A stretch of DNA of 64,000 nucleotides from positions 1,961 to 65,960 of the forward strand of contig JBJEME010000055.1 in NCBI GenBank assembly GCA_051879515.1, in the 5' to 3' direction. The notes beneath the pieces were generated by a model. That model searched no databases and was not told where the DNA came from. It saw nothing but the letters and a program-made list of their open reading frames with translations. Positions 20,872-29,250 of the stretch are shown one piece after another. The DNA comes from Lachnospira sp. (GTDB lineage Bacteria > Bacillota > Clostridia > Lachnospirales > Lachnospiraceae). A program made the position numbers and the translations under genes. Every line of letters starts with the position of its first letter. The stretch's first letter is position 1.

Positions 20872-21021
20872 ATGAACAAGTTGTATTTTTGGATATCGCA
20901 TATTCATAGGTGTATATCGTTTCATGAAGAAAGGGAATATCAGCTTATAAAGTGCTTGAATGAAAAAGATTTAAAACGACAAGTTTATTATTATATAGAT
21001 ATAGGTTATAAAGTGCAATAA
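20872..21021 (+). CDS. Small hypothetical protein (49 aa), not in the ORF track
   Basis: ATG 20872 after GGGGAG; reads MNKLYFWISHIHRCISF...GYKVQ and stops 1 bp before the next ORF. Confidence 0.35.
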   Translation: MNKLYFWISHIHRCISFHEEREYQLIKCLNEKDLKRQVYYYIDIGYKVQ

Positions 21022-21022
21022 G

Positions 21023-21799
21023 GTGAAAAAGATACCGAAAAGAGATGATTATATGAAGAAGCAGACAAAACGCTATTTATTGATAGATGGGTTTCGTGGT
21101 GTTGCCATTATAAGTATGATTATATTTCATTTTTTATACGATGTGAATGAAGTGTTTGGAGTTAATACAGGATGGTATGAAAATACCAATATACATATCT
21201 GGCAGCAAAGTATATGTTGGTCATTCATTATTATATCGGGTTTTGTATGGCAGCTAGGGATAAAATCAAATATAAAAAGAGGAGTAATTCTAAATATTTG
21301 CGGGATTGTGATTACTTTAGTCACAACAGTTTTCACTCCGTCGCAGATAGTTTGGTTTGGAATCCTGAACTTTATGGGATGTGCTTCATTGATTATGATA
21401 CCACTGAATAGAATTGCAGGCAAGATTTCATCATTGTTAGGTATGATTTTGAGTATGTCGATATTCGTGATTTGTAGGAATATTACAGAGGGAATTATAG
21501 GTATTAAAAATATTTTTGTTATAGAATTACCGGATTGGTTGTATGAAAGCAAAATTTTGACACCACTGGGTTTCCCGTTTCGTGGCTTTACGTCCAGTGA
21601 CTATTTTCCTGTCCTGCCTTGGTTAGCATTATTCTTGTTTGGATACTATCTTTATTCTTATGCAAATAGAACCGGTAAACTTGGAGAGTATGCTTACCGA
21701 AATATACCGGTCTTAACGCAAATAGGGCAAAAAAGCATTTGGATTTATTTGCTACATCAGCCAATTTGTATGGCAGTGTGCGAGATAATTTTATTGTAA
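21023..21799 (+). CDS. DUF1624 / heparan-alpha-glucosaminide N-acetyltransferase-like membrane protein
   Basis: IDGFRGVAIISMIIFH, FGIL, SSDYFPVLPW, SIWIYLLHQP. Confidence 0.85.
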   Translation: MKKIPKRDDYMKKQTKRYLLIDGFRGVAIISMIIFHFLYDVNEVFGVNTGWYENTNIHIWQQSICWSFIIISGFVWQLGIKSNIKRGVILNICGIVITLVTTVFTPSQIVWFGILNFMGCASLIMIPLNRIAGKISSLLGMILSMSIFVICRNITEGIIGIKNIFVIELPDWLYESKILTPLGFPFRGFTSSDYFPVLPWLALFLFGYYLYSYANRTGKLGEYAYRNIPVLTQIGQKSIWIYLLHQPICMAVCEIILL

Positions 21800-21842
21800 A
21801 GGATTATTGCATACAGATTGTTATAGTTTGATTGGAAGCAAA

Positions 21843-21890
21843 AAGAAAACCAATAGCTTCGCATGGGATTCTATTGGTTTTTCTTATTTT
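21843..21890. terminator. Bidirectional terminator between convergent genes
   Basis: AAGAAAACCAATAG / CTATTGGTTTTTCTT inverted repeat. Confidence 0.75.
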
Positions 21891-22294
21891 CTTGGACTGT
21901 CTTGTCCTCTCAGTAAATCAAGAATGTAACGAATCATAGGAAGTAAGTCATGTGCTTCCTGTTCCGTGCAGTCATTTAACGTGGCTAGGAGCTTTTGAAG
22001 GCTAGGTGATTGATTCTCTTTATTTGGATAGAAAATTCTATCCGATGGTATCTTCAAATATGTAATTAGGGGATAAAGCACTTCAAACTTCGGATTACCA
22101 CGTCCTGCTTCAATGTTCAGTATGGTACGTTGATCCAGATTAAGAATTTCGGCCAGCTTTTCTTGTGAAAGACCGAGTTCCATACGATATTCACGCACCG
22201 CGTTGGCAAGGGCTTGTTTATAATTATAAATTATATTACCAAAGTAAGCAGGGCTAAGAATAGTAAAAAGATGGCAAGATAGCCATTGCAACAA
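21884..22294 (-). CDS. XRE family HTH regulator (start uncertain)
   Basis: LANAVREYRMELGLSQEKLAE...LNIEAGRGNP. No ATG near the expected start. Confidence 0.75.
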   Translation of the reverse strand: MLQWLSCHLFTILSPAYFGNIIYNYKQALANAVREYRMELGLSQEKLAEILNLDQRTILNIEAGRGNPKFEVLYPLITYLKIPSDRIFYPNKENQSPSLQKLLATLNDCTEQEAHDLLPMIRYILDLLRGQDSPRK

Positions 22295-22308
22295 TTAAAT
22301 AGAAATGA

Positions 22309-22496
22309 GATATCCGGGCGGAGCAACGAGATCGTGGTCGAGCGTATGAGGTTGTGCCGGGTATCAAGAGTTTGTTAGAACTGGAGATGTGGTCGAGCAT
22401 CAGGAGTCGTACAAAACGGTAACAGTATTAAGTATGGTAGAAGTCTATCTATAGGTAGATTCTATTTGTTTACTGTGTTTTGTACGGCTCCTTTTA
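22309..22496 (+). ncRNA. Candidate structured RNA or leader between divergent XRE genes
   Basis: Stem 22309-22317 / 22357-22365 and a 15-bp stem 22403-22417 / 22477-22491 with nested helices and a T-tail. Confidence 0.4.
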
Positions 22497-22544
22497 TATT
22501 TGCCAGCTCTGTTATCGTTTTTCGGCTCCAAGAAAGGAGTTAAA

Positions 22545-22868
22545 ATGTATTACGATATAGTAGAGAGTGGTAAGAGAATTAAGGAAATGAGGAAGAAAGC
22601 AGGTATGACACAGGAAGAACTTGCTGAGGCTGTTGGAATGACGAGGGAAGCACTGGCAAGAATTGAAACTGGGAAAAATGGTACTTCGGTTGATGGTATT
22701 ATAAATTTTGCTCATTATTTTAAGACATCTACAGATAATATTCTTGGATGGACGGATGAGAAGGATTTTGATAACGATATTAAGAGAAAACTGAATTTAG
22801 TGGCGGAGGATAAAAAGGAGTTGGCATATAAGTGTATATTGGGGTTATTGGATAATTTCATATGTTAG
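22545..22868 (+). CDS. XRE family HTH regulator
   Basis: GKRIKEMRKKAGMTQEELAE...LARIETG. AAAGGAG RBS before ATG 22545. Confidence 0.9.
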   Translation: MYYDIVESGKRIKEMRKKAGMTQEELAEAVGMTREALARIETGKNGTSVDGIINFAHYFKTSTDNILGWTDEKDFDNDIKRKLNLVAEDKKELAYKCILGLLDNFIC

Positions 22869-22960
22869 CATAGGCATTAGCGTATAAAGTACAAATCATA
22901 TATGATATTCTTAAAAAGCATCTATTTTGAAGAAAAGTTGCAGAATGACGAATAAAATAA

Positions 22961-22989
22961 TTGACGAATAAGTATAATATAGATATAAT
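22961..22989 (+). promoter_or_regulatory. SigA promoter of the ATPase/RloB operon
   Basis: TTGACG, 17 bp, TATAAT. Confidence 0.75.
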
Positions 22990-23035
22990 TAAGATATAAT
23001 TTTGCATAAAAATTGCAGAATGGAGGATTTTGAGA

Positions 23036-24370
23036 ATGCTATTACAATTCAAAGTAAAAAACTATAAATCTTTTCTGGAAGATGCTGAATTTTCTATGGA
23101 AGCAGCCCCAAAACAGAAAGGGCTCGATTATAGCTTAAGTAATATAAAATTTAAGAAGAGAATCATAAAAGGTCTCAGTTCTTCTGTTATTTATGGACCG
23201 AATGCATCAGGTAAGACAAATGTGATTGGTGCTATGGATACATTGCGCTCTATTATCCTTAGAGGAAATATACGAAATGCCGAAGAAAAGGGTTCACCAA
23301 ACCCTGCATCAGAGTCATTGGAGCTTATACCTAATAATACATTAAAGACTGCGAAACCGGTAGAATTCGGTATTACTTTTATGGAGAATAACCTTCTTAT
23401 CAGTTATGAACTAGTACTTGATATCGGAAGATTTCTTGAAGATACACATAAGAGAAGAATTCTTAGAGAGACTTTATGTGTCAATGATTCTGTTATTTTT
23501 CATAGGGAAGAAAGTCTGGTTGTGGAAAATTTGAATGTAATTAAAAATTATTTGTCGGATTCCACGGATGTTAATGCTGATGGAATATATCAGATAGCAA
23601 CGAATAGTCTTAATGAAGAAGAACTTTTTCTTATGAATGGTTTCAAGCTTTTGTATTCACAGAATCTTGTAAAAATTATATCAGGATGGTTTGCAAATAA
23701 GTTCATGGTTATTTGCAGAGCAGATTCGTTACAGTTGATTAAGAGATTCGCTGATCCACAGAAACCGACTGTATATATTGAGAAGACAACCAATAGAGCA
23801 GCAGAACTCTTTGGTATCAATTCCAATGCGATAGGCTATGTTGTAGGGGACGATGATACAGGGACGAAGTTATGTTCTATTTTTAAGGATGAGAAGAATA
23901 AAAAGATTGCAACGATGGCGGCAGAATTATTTGAGTCTTATGGAACCATTCGCTTTATCACTATCTTCCCATTGGTGCTTAAGGCTATACTGACCGGAGG
24001 AACTTTGATTGTGGATGAGTTTGATGCATCTATTCATCCGATGGCACTTATGAATATTATCAATATTTTTCATAATGATGAAATCAATATTCACCACGCA
24101 CAGTTGATTTTTAATACTCATAATCCGATATTCCTTAATTCTAATATTTTCAGAAGAGATGAAATTAAGTTTGTAGAGAGAGATGATGATACTCATCTAA
24201 GTGTACTTTATGCACTTTCTGATTTTGGAACTACCGGGGATAAAGGTGTCAGAAAGCATGATGATTATATGCAACATTATTTTGTTAGCGAATATGGTGC
24301 CATTAAGGATATAGATTTTACTCCGATTTTTGAAGAGATTATGAATCAGGAAAGAGGGGTGGAATCATGA
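23036..24370 (+). CDS. AAA_21/AAA_15-type ATPase (RloA / AbiLi-like)
   Basis: FKVKNYKSF, Walker A YGPNASGKT, ESYGT, Walker B LIVDEFDASIHP, QLIFNTH, RRDEIKFVE, YGAI. Confidence 0.88.
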   Translation: MLLQFKVKNYKSFLEDAEFSMEAAPKQKGLDYSLSNIKFKKRIIKGLSSSVIYGPNASGKTNVIGAMDTLRSIILRGNIRNAEEKGSPNPASESLELIPNNTLKTAKPVEFGITFMENNLLISYELVLDIGRFLEDTHKRRILRETLCVNDSVIFHREESLVVENLNVIKNYLSDSTDVNADGIYQIATNSLNEEELFLMNGFKLLYSQNLVKIISGWFANKFMVICRADSLQLIKRFADPQKPTVYIEKTTNRAAELFGINSNAIGYVVGDDDTGTKLCSIFKDEKNKKIATMAAELFESYGTIRFITIFPLVLKAILTGGTLIVDEFDASIHPMALMNIINIFHNDEINIHHAQLIFNTHNPIFLNSNIFRRDEIKFVERDDDTHLSVLYALSDFGTTGDKGVRKHDDYMQHYFVSEYGAIKDIDFTPIFEEIMNQERGVES

Positions 24371-25026
24371 TTAAGAGAAAATCCACCAAAAAGTATTACT
24401 TTACAGTTGAGGGTGAAACAGAAAAATGGTATCTGGAATGGTTAAGAGATAGAATCAATGAATGTGAAAAAGCTAACTTTAAGGTATCGTTTGATATTCA
24501 GATTCAGAAAAATCCTTTAAAGAGAGCGAAGTCTCTAATAGCAACGAGCAAGACTGAAATCTGGCATCTGTCTGATTATGAAAGCGATGATCCTATTCAT
24601 GTAAAACAGTTTACTGAGACGATGGATAATATGAAAGCTGCAACCAATCTTGGTAAACAGATTTCATATAAGTTTGGATATACAAATCTGACTTTTGATT
24701 TATGGATCATCTTACATAAAGCTGCTTGTAATGGTTCCAAGGCTCATAGAAAAAATTATATCAATCCATTGAATCAGGCATATGGCGAAAAATTTGAAAA
24801 TATGGATGAATACAAGCATGAAGATAATTTTAAAAGATGCTTGGCACAACTATCTTTAGATAATGTCCAGTGTGCCATAGAAAGAGCTAACAACATAATG
24901 AAAAAAAACAGAGAGAATGGTTATTGCCTTTATGAGTACAAGGGATATAAGTATTATAAAGAAAATCCATCTTTAGCAATCAATGAGATTATTGAAAAAA
25001 TTTTTAAGGACTGTAAATTAATATAG
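24367..25026 (+). CDS. RloB domain protein (AbiLii-like)
   Basis: FTVEGETEKWYL TOPRIM-like start, TNLTFDLWIILH, ENPS. Overlaps the ATPase stop. Confidence 0.82.
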   Translation: MIKRKSTKKYYFTVEGETEKWYLEWLRDRINECEKANFKVSFDIQIQKNPLKRAKSLIATSKTEIWHLSDYESDDPIHVKQFTETMDNMKAATNLGKQISYKFGYTNLTFDLWIILHKAACNGSKAHRKNYINPLNQAYGEKFENMDEYKHEDNFKRCLAQLSLDNVQCAIERANNIMKKNRENGYCLYEYKGYKYYKENPSLAINEIIEKIFKDCKLI

Positions 25027-25041
25027 ACGCAAAATATAAAC

Positions 25042-25076
25042 AAGCCGTTTGATCGTAAAGGTCAGATGGCTTTTTT
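25042..25076 (+). terminator. Intrinsic terminator
   Basis: AAGCCGTTTGATC / GGTCAGATGGCTT followed by a T-run. Confidence 0.75.
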
Positions 25077-25242
25077 GTGTTTTTTGTGAGCACCATATCA
25101 CAAAATGTGAGTACAATGTCATAACAATTTAATTTGCTCTGCAATAAAATGTTTATAGGTTAAGAAATATGGATTGACCTACAGGACAAGCGGCGCGCGC
25201 AAGCTTTCCTAATCTAATTTATGAAAAGGAAGGTAAAGCCAA

Positions 25243-26040
25243 ATGACAAATTATAACGGTAAAGAAGTACTTAACGGACTTTTGTTCATAAAATCAATGA
25301 TGAGTGTAGAAAATGTAGAGAGACAGGCAATTGCACTTAGAAAGTTAGCTAACAAAGCAGGTGTTGACTGTAATCATGCCCTTTTAGATGACAGCTATTC
25401 TAAATCAATTGACAGAGATGCTATAGCTGATGTGTTTGATACACTGATAGTGCGGGATATACGCAAAAAATACAAGATAAGAAATACGCAGCTGATGGAT
25501 AGAATTGTGGATTTCCTTATGGATAATGTGTCGAATCTTTCGTCCGCGCGTAACATTACGAATACTCTTGGAAGCATGCATGAGAAGATACACCATACGA
25601 CGGTTGGCAATTATATGCAATATCTGTGCAATGCATTCGCGTTCTACAAGGTTAGGAGATATGATATTAAGGGGAAGAAGTATTTATCGAGCAACGACAA
25701 ATACTATTTGAGTGACCATACTTTCCGTTATGCAAAGCTTGGAACAAAGAATATGGATTACGGGCGGATATTGGAAAATATCGTGGCTGTTGAGCTACTG
25801 CGTAGAGGATATGAGGTTTATGTGGGCATATTATATAAGAAGGAAATAGATTTTGTCGCAGTGAAGCGGAGTGAGAAAATCTATATTCAGGCGTCTGATA
25901 ATATCAGTGATGAGAAGACCTTTGAAAGAGAGGTAGCTCCACTTTTGCAGATTAAAGATGCATACCCTAAGTATGTGATAGCCAGAACCAGAAAAATAAA
26001 AGTAAAGAGAGAAAGCATTAACAGCTTCAAATTCAAGTAA
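25243..26040 (+). pseudogene. Chimera: degenerate resolvase-like N-terminus fused to the C-terminal half of an AAA_14/DUF4143 ATP-binding protein
   Basis: From DVFDTLIVRDI onward it matches a DUF4143-type C-terminus (KYYLSD, LENIVAVELLRRG, KEIDFVA). No Walker A. The first ~63 aa resemble a serine-recombinase catalytic fragment. Confidence 0.65.
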
Positions 26041-26210
26041 AAAAAATAAACCACGAAATAATTTTAACCCAATTTAACTTTCCATACTGAATTTAATATG
26101 TTATTATACTTTATATATTGTTGTGTTTGACTTGGATGAAGGGATTCTCAGCCGGTACGATGAATACACTTATTATCGGCTGGAGTAATGAAAGGAAGGA
26201 GATAAATATT

Positions 26211-26720
26211 TTGAAAAAGAATTTTGCTCTTATTCTGGCAGTGGTTTTCTGGCTGAGCCTGACAGCCTGCGATTTCGGCGTATTCGGTATTGGCGGAAAT
26301 GACGTTGATCCCGACATTGGCGGAACCGACTGGCGCACCACCGGCATTTGGCGCGGTGCCGGCACCATCACCCGCGACGGAGAGGACACTAATGTGCTGG
26401 TGTGTGTCCACAAAGAGGATGCCACCATCTATTACGATACGGAAGAACAGACGTTGTTCGGCTTTGTGGACTACCCAATTACACTCAATGGGAACGCATG
26501 GGATATGTTTCAGAGTATCGATTTCACTGACTTGAACGGCGATGGCAACAGCGACGTGACCATGAGGTTTGATGACAGCGGCAATGAGCTGCTGATGGTG
26601 TGGTTCTGGGACACGGAGAGCGAACAGTTTGTGTACCAGCCGGAGAAATCTTTGCTCCGTTTGGACAATGAAACGGGTTTCGGCACATTCTCATACTCCA
26701 CAGATGAAGTCAGTACCTAA
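26211..26720 (+). CDS. Hypothetical lipoprotein with a DxNxDG calcium-binding-like motif
   Basis: TTG 26211 after AAGGAG, lipobox LTAC, DFTDLNGDGNSDV. Locally GC-rich. Confidence 0.7.
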   Translation: MKKNFALILAVVFWLSLTACDFGVFGIGGNDVDPDIGGTDWRTTGIWRGAGTITRDGEDTNVLVCVHKEDATIYYDTEEQTLFGFVDYPITLNGNAWDMFQSIDFTDLNGDGNSDVTMRFDDSGNELLMVWFWDTESEQFVYQPEKSLLRLDNETGFGTFSYSTDEVST

Positions 26721-26830
26721 TCTAATGTTCGCTGAATGTACGCAATCAATAATTTTATTAAAAAATTTGAATAAGTAACATATAATTCGCCAATACTTTC
26801 TGTGTAAAATAAAACCGGGAGGTATTGGCG

Positions 26831-27016
26831 ATGTCACATTTATCAGAAAAAGAATTATCCTTTGTGAAGGACCTTTTATCAGAGGAAGATTTACTTGTAA
26901 AAAAGTTTGATATGCTTGCTGAACATGCAAAGTCGAAAGAAGTAAAGGAAGAGATGATGACTATATCAAACAAGCATCAGGAACATTTAAATAAATTATA
27001 TTCTAAGTTGTCTTAA
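26831..27016 (+). CDS. Small spore-coat-associated protein
   Basis: LSEKELSFVKDLLSEEDLL...KHQEH helical protein of the type that precedes Coat F genes; GGGAGG RBS. Confidence 0.65.
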   Translation: MSHLSEKELSFVKDLLSEEDLLVKKFDMLAEHAKSKEVKEEMMTISNKHQEHLNKLYSKLS

Positions 27017-27060
27017 TAACAACCAGAGTAAAATATGGTAAATAATCAGGGGGTAATAAA

Positions 27061-27321
27061 ATGGTAGTATATTCAGAAAAGGAAATATTAGGTGATGCTT
27101 TGGCTACTCAGAAGGCGGCAACAGCTAATTTTAATACTGCAGCAAACGAGTGCGTTAATGAGGATGTAAGACAGGTGATGATGAACATTCTCGAGGAAGA
27201 ACACGATCTTTCGCAGGATGTTTTTAACATGATGCATGATAAAGGATTTTATCCGACACCTGAGGCTGATGAGACAAAGGTTGAACAGGTAAAGCAGCAA
27301 TACTCGTCTTGTGTAAAGTAA
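27061..27321 (+). CDS. Coat F domain spore coat protein
   Basis: SEKEILGDAL...AANEC...VRQ...EEH...VFNMMHDKGFYP. Confidence 0.85.
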   Translation: MVVYSEKEILGDALATQKAATANFNTAANECVNEDVRQVMMNILEEEHDLSQDVFNMMHDKGFYPTPEADETKVEQVKQQYSSCVK

Positions 27322-27372
27322 GCCAAAATCAATGGCTGAATCAAATTCAAATAAAATGTAAATCAAATTAAA

Positions 27373-27417
27373 AAAGCCATCGAAACACTCGATAATTTGC
27401 AGTGTTTCGGTGGCTTT
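27373..27417. terminator. Bidirectional terminator
   Basis: AAAGCCATCGAAACACT / AGTGTTTCGGTGGCTTT. Confidence 0.8.
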
Positions 27418-27458
27418 GTGCTAGTCAATGCAAAGCTCTGTGTAGTTTATTATATAAA

Positions 27459-28547
27459 TTATATTTCCGCACGAAGCTCCCAGATACCGTCTTTATTTTT
27501 TTGACTCATCAATGACTTTGTGAAGGCGGAAACGATTTTCCTGCCCATTTCATCCGTCAGATCCGAATCTAAAGGGTCTGTTACAAGTGTAGGAAATTGC
27601 ATTATAACCGTATTATCAACGGAATTTTCTCCAGCAATAACTTGTACAAGAGCATCATGCCGGTTATTTTTATCCGAACGCAAAATCGGAAGCAAATATT
27701 CATCACAGAGATATTCAATTCCTCTTGCCTGTCGCGATGTCATATCAAAAGACACCGAAAATTTACGAATTTCGCTGCAAAGAGCATAAACATCTATGTC
27801 GTCTTTTGTCACCCTGCGTTCAAACATCCTTGCACGGTACATAAATCGACGTGTCAGCTCTTTTGATGGATGCTCAATCACCTCTTCAGGGGTTCCTTGT
27901 TCATAAATGCCATGCTCCGCCATAAAGATTATATTAGATGCGACATTTTTGGCAAATCGCATTTCATGTGTAACAATAATACTGGTCATACCTGTATCTA
28001 CTAAGCGTCGTATAACGGTTTCCACCTCGTCAACCATTGTCGGGTCAAGTGCGCTTGTCGGCTCGTCAAACAGCATAACCTCAGGTTTCATTGCAAGTGC
28101 TCGTGCGATTGCCACACGTTGCTTTTGTCCACCGGACAGTTGGTTTGGCATATGATAGCGACGATTCTCCATTCCGACAAGAGCAAGCAATTCTTCTGCC
28201 TGTCTAATGGCTTCTGATTTAGGAATTCCGGACACCTTCATCGGCGAGAGAATTATATTTTCCAGCACATTCAAATGAGAAAAAAGGTTGAAACTTTGGT
28301 AAACCATGCCAAGCTTACGGCGAATCATATCAAGATTTGCTTGAGGAGCAAGAATATCTTCCCCATCAATTTCAATACTGCCCGAATCGGGTTTTTCCAA
28401 ACGGTTGATACAGCGAAGCAGTGTGCTTTTACCACATCCGGACGATCCAAGGATTACGGTAGTGCTTCCCTTTGGAATATGAAGATTTACGTTCTCAAAC
28501 ACAATATTTTCACCAAAACTTTTTGAGAGCCCTTTTATCGTAATCAT
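27459..28547 (-). CDS. Polar amino acid ABC transporter ATPase (GlnQ-like) with a ~120-aa C-terminal extension
   Basis: GSSGCGKST, LSGGQKQR, MLFDEPTSALD, VTHEM. Confidence 0.92.
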   Translation of the reverse strand: MITIKGLSKSFGENIVFENVNLHIPKGSTTVILGSSGCGKSTLLRCINRLEKPDSGSIEIDGEDILAPQANLDMIRRKLGMVYQSFNLFSHLNVLENIILSPMKVSGIPKSEAIRQAEELLALVGMENRRYHMPNQLSGGQKQRVAIARALAMKPEVMLFDEPTSALDPTMVDEVETVIRRLVDTGMTSIIVTHEMRFAKNVASNIIFMAEHGIYEQGTPEEVIEHPSKELTRRFMYRARMFERRVTKDDIDVYALCSEIRKFSVSFDMTSRQARGIEYLCDEYLLPILRSDKNNRHDALVQVIAGENSVDNTVIMQFPTLVTDPLDSDLTDEMGRKIVSAFTKSLMSQKNKDGIWELRAEI

Positions 28548-29236
28548 TTCACTTCACCTCCCAGATGCTTTCTTTTTCCTGCTAAATCTAAAATTGGCCC
28601 GACAATCCAGCCGATGATAAGATAGATTAAGCTGACAGTCAATAGTGCGAACATAGGGTCAAATGTACGAGACGATACAATATCTGAAGCACGTGTCAAA
28701 TCCATAATAGCGAGATACCCCACCACGGAGGTTTCCTGTAAGCAGCTGATAAATTGGTTTTTGTATACAGGAAGTGCTATTTTTATCGTCTGTGGCAAAA
28801 TAATATACCAAAATGATTGAAAACGTGTCATACCGAGGGTTCGTGCGGCTTCCACCTCTCCAGGGGAAACCGTTTCGACAGACGTCTGAAAGATATCCGA
28901 CATATAACATCCGGTTTTCATTGTCAGTCCGATAATTACAGTCACAACAACAGGAATCGAAATTGATCCAAAAATAAAATATACTAACAGTAAAAGCAGA
29001 ACCAAGGTAGGTATCTGAATCAGCACTGATGTAAATATTCTCGTAATTTTACGCACCCAAGTACATCCCGCCATTTTCAGCTTACAAAGGATTATTCCGA
29101 TAAGCGTTCCAAATATAAAGGACGTAAAGGTCAGAAGAAGCGTCATCCAAAATCCTTCCACGAAAAAACGCCATCTGTCTTCATGCAAAAAAGTAACATA
29201 TATTTGTTTATACAGTTCTTCAAAAAATTCAGTCAT
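28544..29236 (-). CDS. Amino acid ABC transporter permease
   Basis: TM helices, EAARTLGMT EAA loop, ILPQ. Start at ATG 29236. Confidence 0.92.
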   Translation of the reverse strand: MTEFFEELYKQIYVTFLHEDRWRFFVEGFWMTLLLTFTSFIFGTLIGIILCKLKMAGCTWVRKITRIFTSVLIQIPTLVLLLLLVYFIFGSISIPVVVTVIIGLTMKTGCYMSDIFQTSVETVSPGEVEAARTLGMTRFQSFWYIILPQTIKIALPVYKNQFISCLQETSVVGYLAIMDLTRASDIVSSRTFDPMFALLTVSLIYLIIGWIVGPILDLAGKRKHLGGEVK

Positions 29237-29250
29237 ACATTCACTTCCTC

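Noticed and set aside
23036-25026. Type I restriction-modification system or SMC/RecF repair gene
   Set aside because: There are no hsdRMS genes in the window, the ATPase lacks long coiled coils, and pairing with RloB fits an AbiL-like module better.
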